Shown piece by piece: positions 63,346 to 64,000 of a DNA stretch of 64,000 nucleotides (positions within the stretch are counted from its first letter, which is position 1; each line of letters opens with the position of its first letter). Location of the stretch: positions 1 to 64,000 of the forward strand of contig CAVRAG010000008.1 in assembly GCA_963718895.1 (NCBI GenBank), in the 5' to 3' direction. The notes under the pieces are model-generated. The model was not told where the DNA came from, made no database searches, and saw only the letters and a list, made by a program, of their open reading frames with translations. Both the position numbers and the translations under genes were made by a program. This DNA is from an uncultured Nitrososphaerota archaeon (GTDB taxonomy: Archaea > Thermoproteota > Nitrososphaeria > Nitrososphaerales > Gagatemarchaeaceae).

Positions 63346-64000
63346 ATGCCTGCCAAGACGCTGACGATGGACAACCTTGACCTGGAAGGGAAGAGAGTCT
63401 TCGTAAGGGTCGACATCAACACTCCGGTACATCCTGAGACCGGTGAGTTGCTCGAGCTGAGCAGGATCGAGGAGGCGGCCATAACGATTCGTGACCTGCC
63501 CAGGTCGGTCGCGGTGGTGGCTTCGCACCAGGGCAGGGTCGGAAGGTACGACTACATCTCGATGGAGAAGCACGCCAAGGCGCTCTCCAAGGTCCTCGGG
63601 AGGGAGGTCCGGTTCGTCCAGGACGTCTTCGGGGAGGCTGCGAAGGCGGCCATCGACGGCTCGAGCCCGGGGGACGTCATAGTCCTTGACAACCTGAGGT
63701 TCACGGCGGAGGAGAACGTCGAGTTCTCGCCTGCCGACGCCGAGAAGACGATCCTCGTCACGCGGCTGAGGCCCCACCTGGACGCCTGCATCCTCGACGC
63801 GTTCCCGACCGCCCACAGGTCCCCGCCCTCGATAGTCGGGTTCGCCGGGCTGATGCCCACCTGCGCGGGAAGGACCGTGGCAAGGGAGCTGATGAAGCTG
63901 GAGCGCATCTTCGGCATAGAGAAGGGCCCCTACGTCACGGTGCTGGGCGGGGCCAAGGTGACCGACAGGATAGAGGCGATCGACGCCTTGATAGCGAACA
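63346..64000 (+). CDS. pgk: Phosphoglycerate kinase (archaeal type), 3'-truncated by the window end
   Basis: Hand translation: LDLEGKRVFVRVDINTP, ASHQGR, LDNLRF, DAFPTAHRS, VLGGAKV. Confidence 0.95.
   Translation, partial: MPAKTLTMDNLDLEGKRVFVRVDINTPVHPETGELLELSRIEEAAITIRDLPRSVAVVASHQGRVGRYDYISMEKHAKALSKVLGREVRFVQDVFGEAAKAAIDGSSPGDVIVLDNLRFTAEENVEFSPADAEKTILVTRLRPHLDACILDAFPTAHRSPPSIVGFAGLMPTCAGRTVARELMKLERIFGIEKGPYVTVLGGAKVTDRIEAIDALIAN

Noticed and set aside
14958-63917. Long antisense or alternate-frame ORFs such as 14958-16067, 22391-23344, 36903-37625, 62089-63030 and 63259-63816
   Set aside because: Shadow ORFs of real GC-rich genes, Arg/Gly/Pro-rich and without recognisable motifs.
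1-64000. Many frameshifts as programmed recoding or mass pseudogenisation
   Set aside because: They affect many genes in both the bacterial and archaeal parts while catalytic motifs stay intact, which is best explained by long-read indel errors.

Overview
The window joins two unrelated pieces of DNA at about 11,560. Bases 1-11,560 are bacterial (Acidobacteriota-like by protein style; inferred) and hold a lasso-peptide-type RiPP cluster. It comprises a tandem HTH regulator, ABC exporter, RRE/B1, an aminoglycoside-phosphotransferase-like kinase, B2 leader peptidase, Asn-synthetase-like cyclase, a 44-aa precursor missed by the ORF track (7787-7921), and a convergent S9 peptidase and TonB-dependent receptor. 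The precursor does not follow the canonical lasso rules. Bases ~11,561-64,000 are archaeal and GC-rich (Nitrososphaerota-like; inferred). This part contains a type IV pilus/adhesin locus whose secretion ATPase carries three Ser-initiated inteins, a ~5.8-kb surface-protein gene, a low-GC glycosyltransferase island, a region dense in toxin-antitoxin modules, and the 5' end of pgk. Between 54 and 61 kb, six copies of a palindromic site (core AGCTYGATATCRARCT) lie only between genes and divide the region into cassette-like units. Frameshifts occur in many genes on both sides and look like long-read indel errors, so several gene boundaries are reconstructed by eye. I saw no tRNA, rRNA or CRISPR array.
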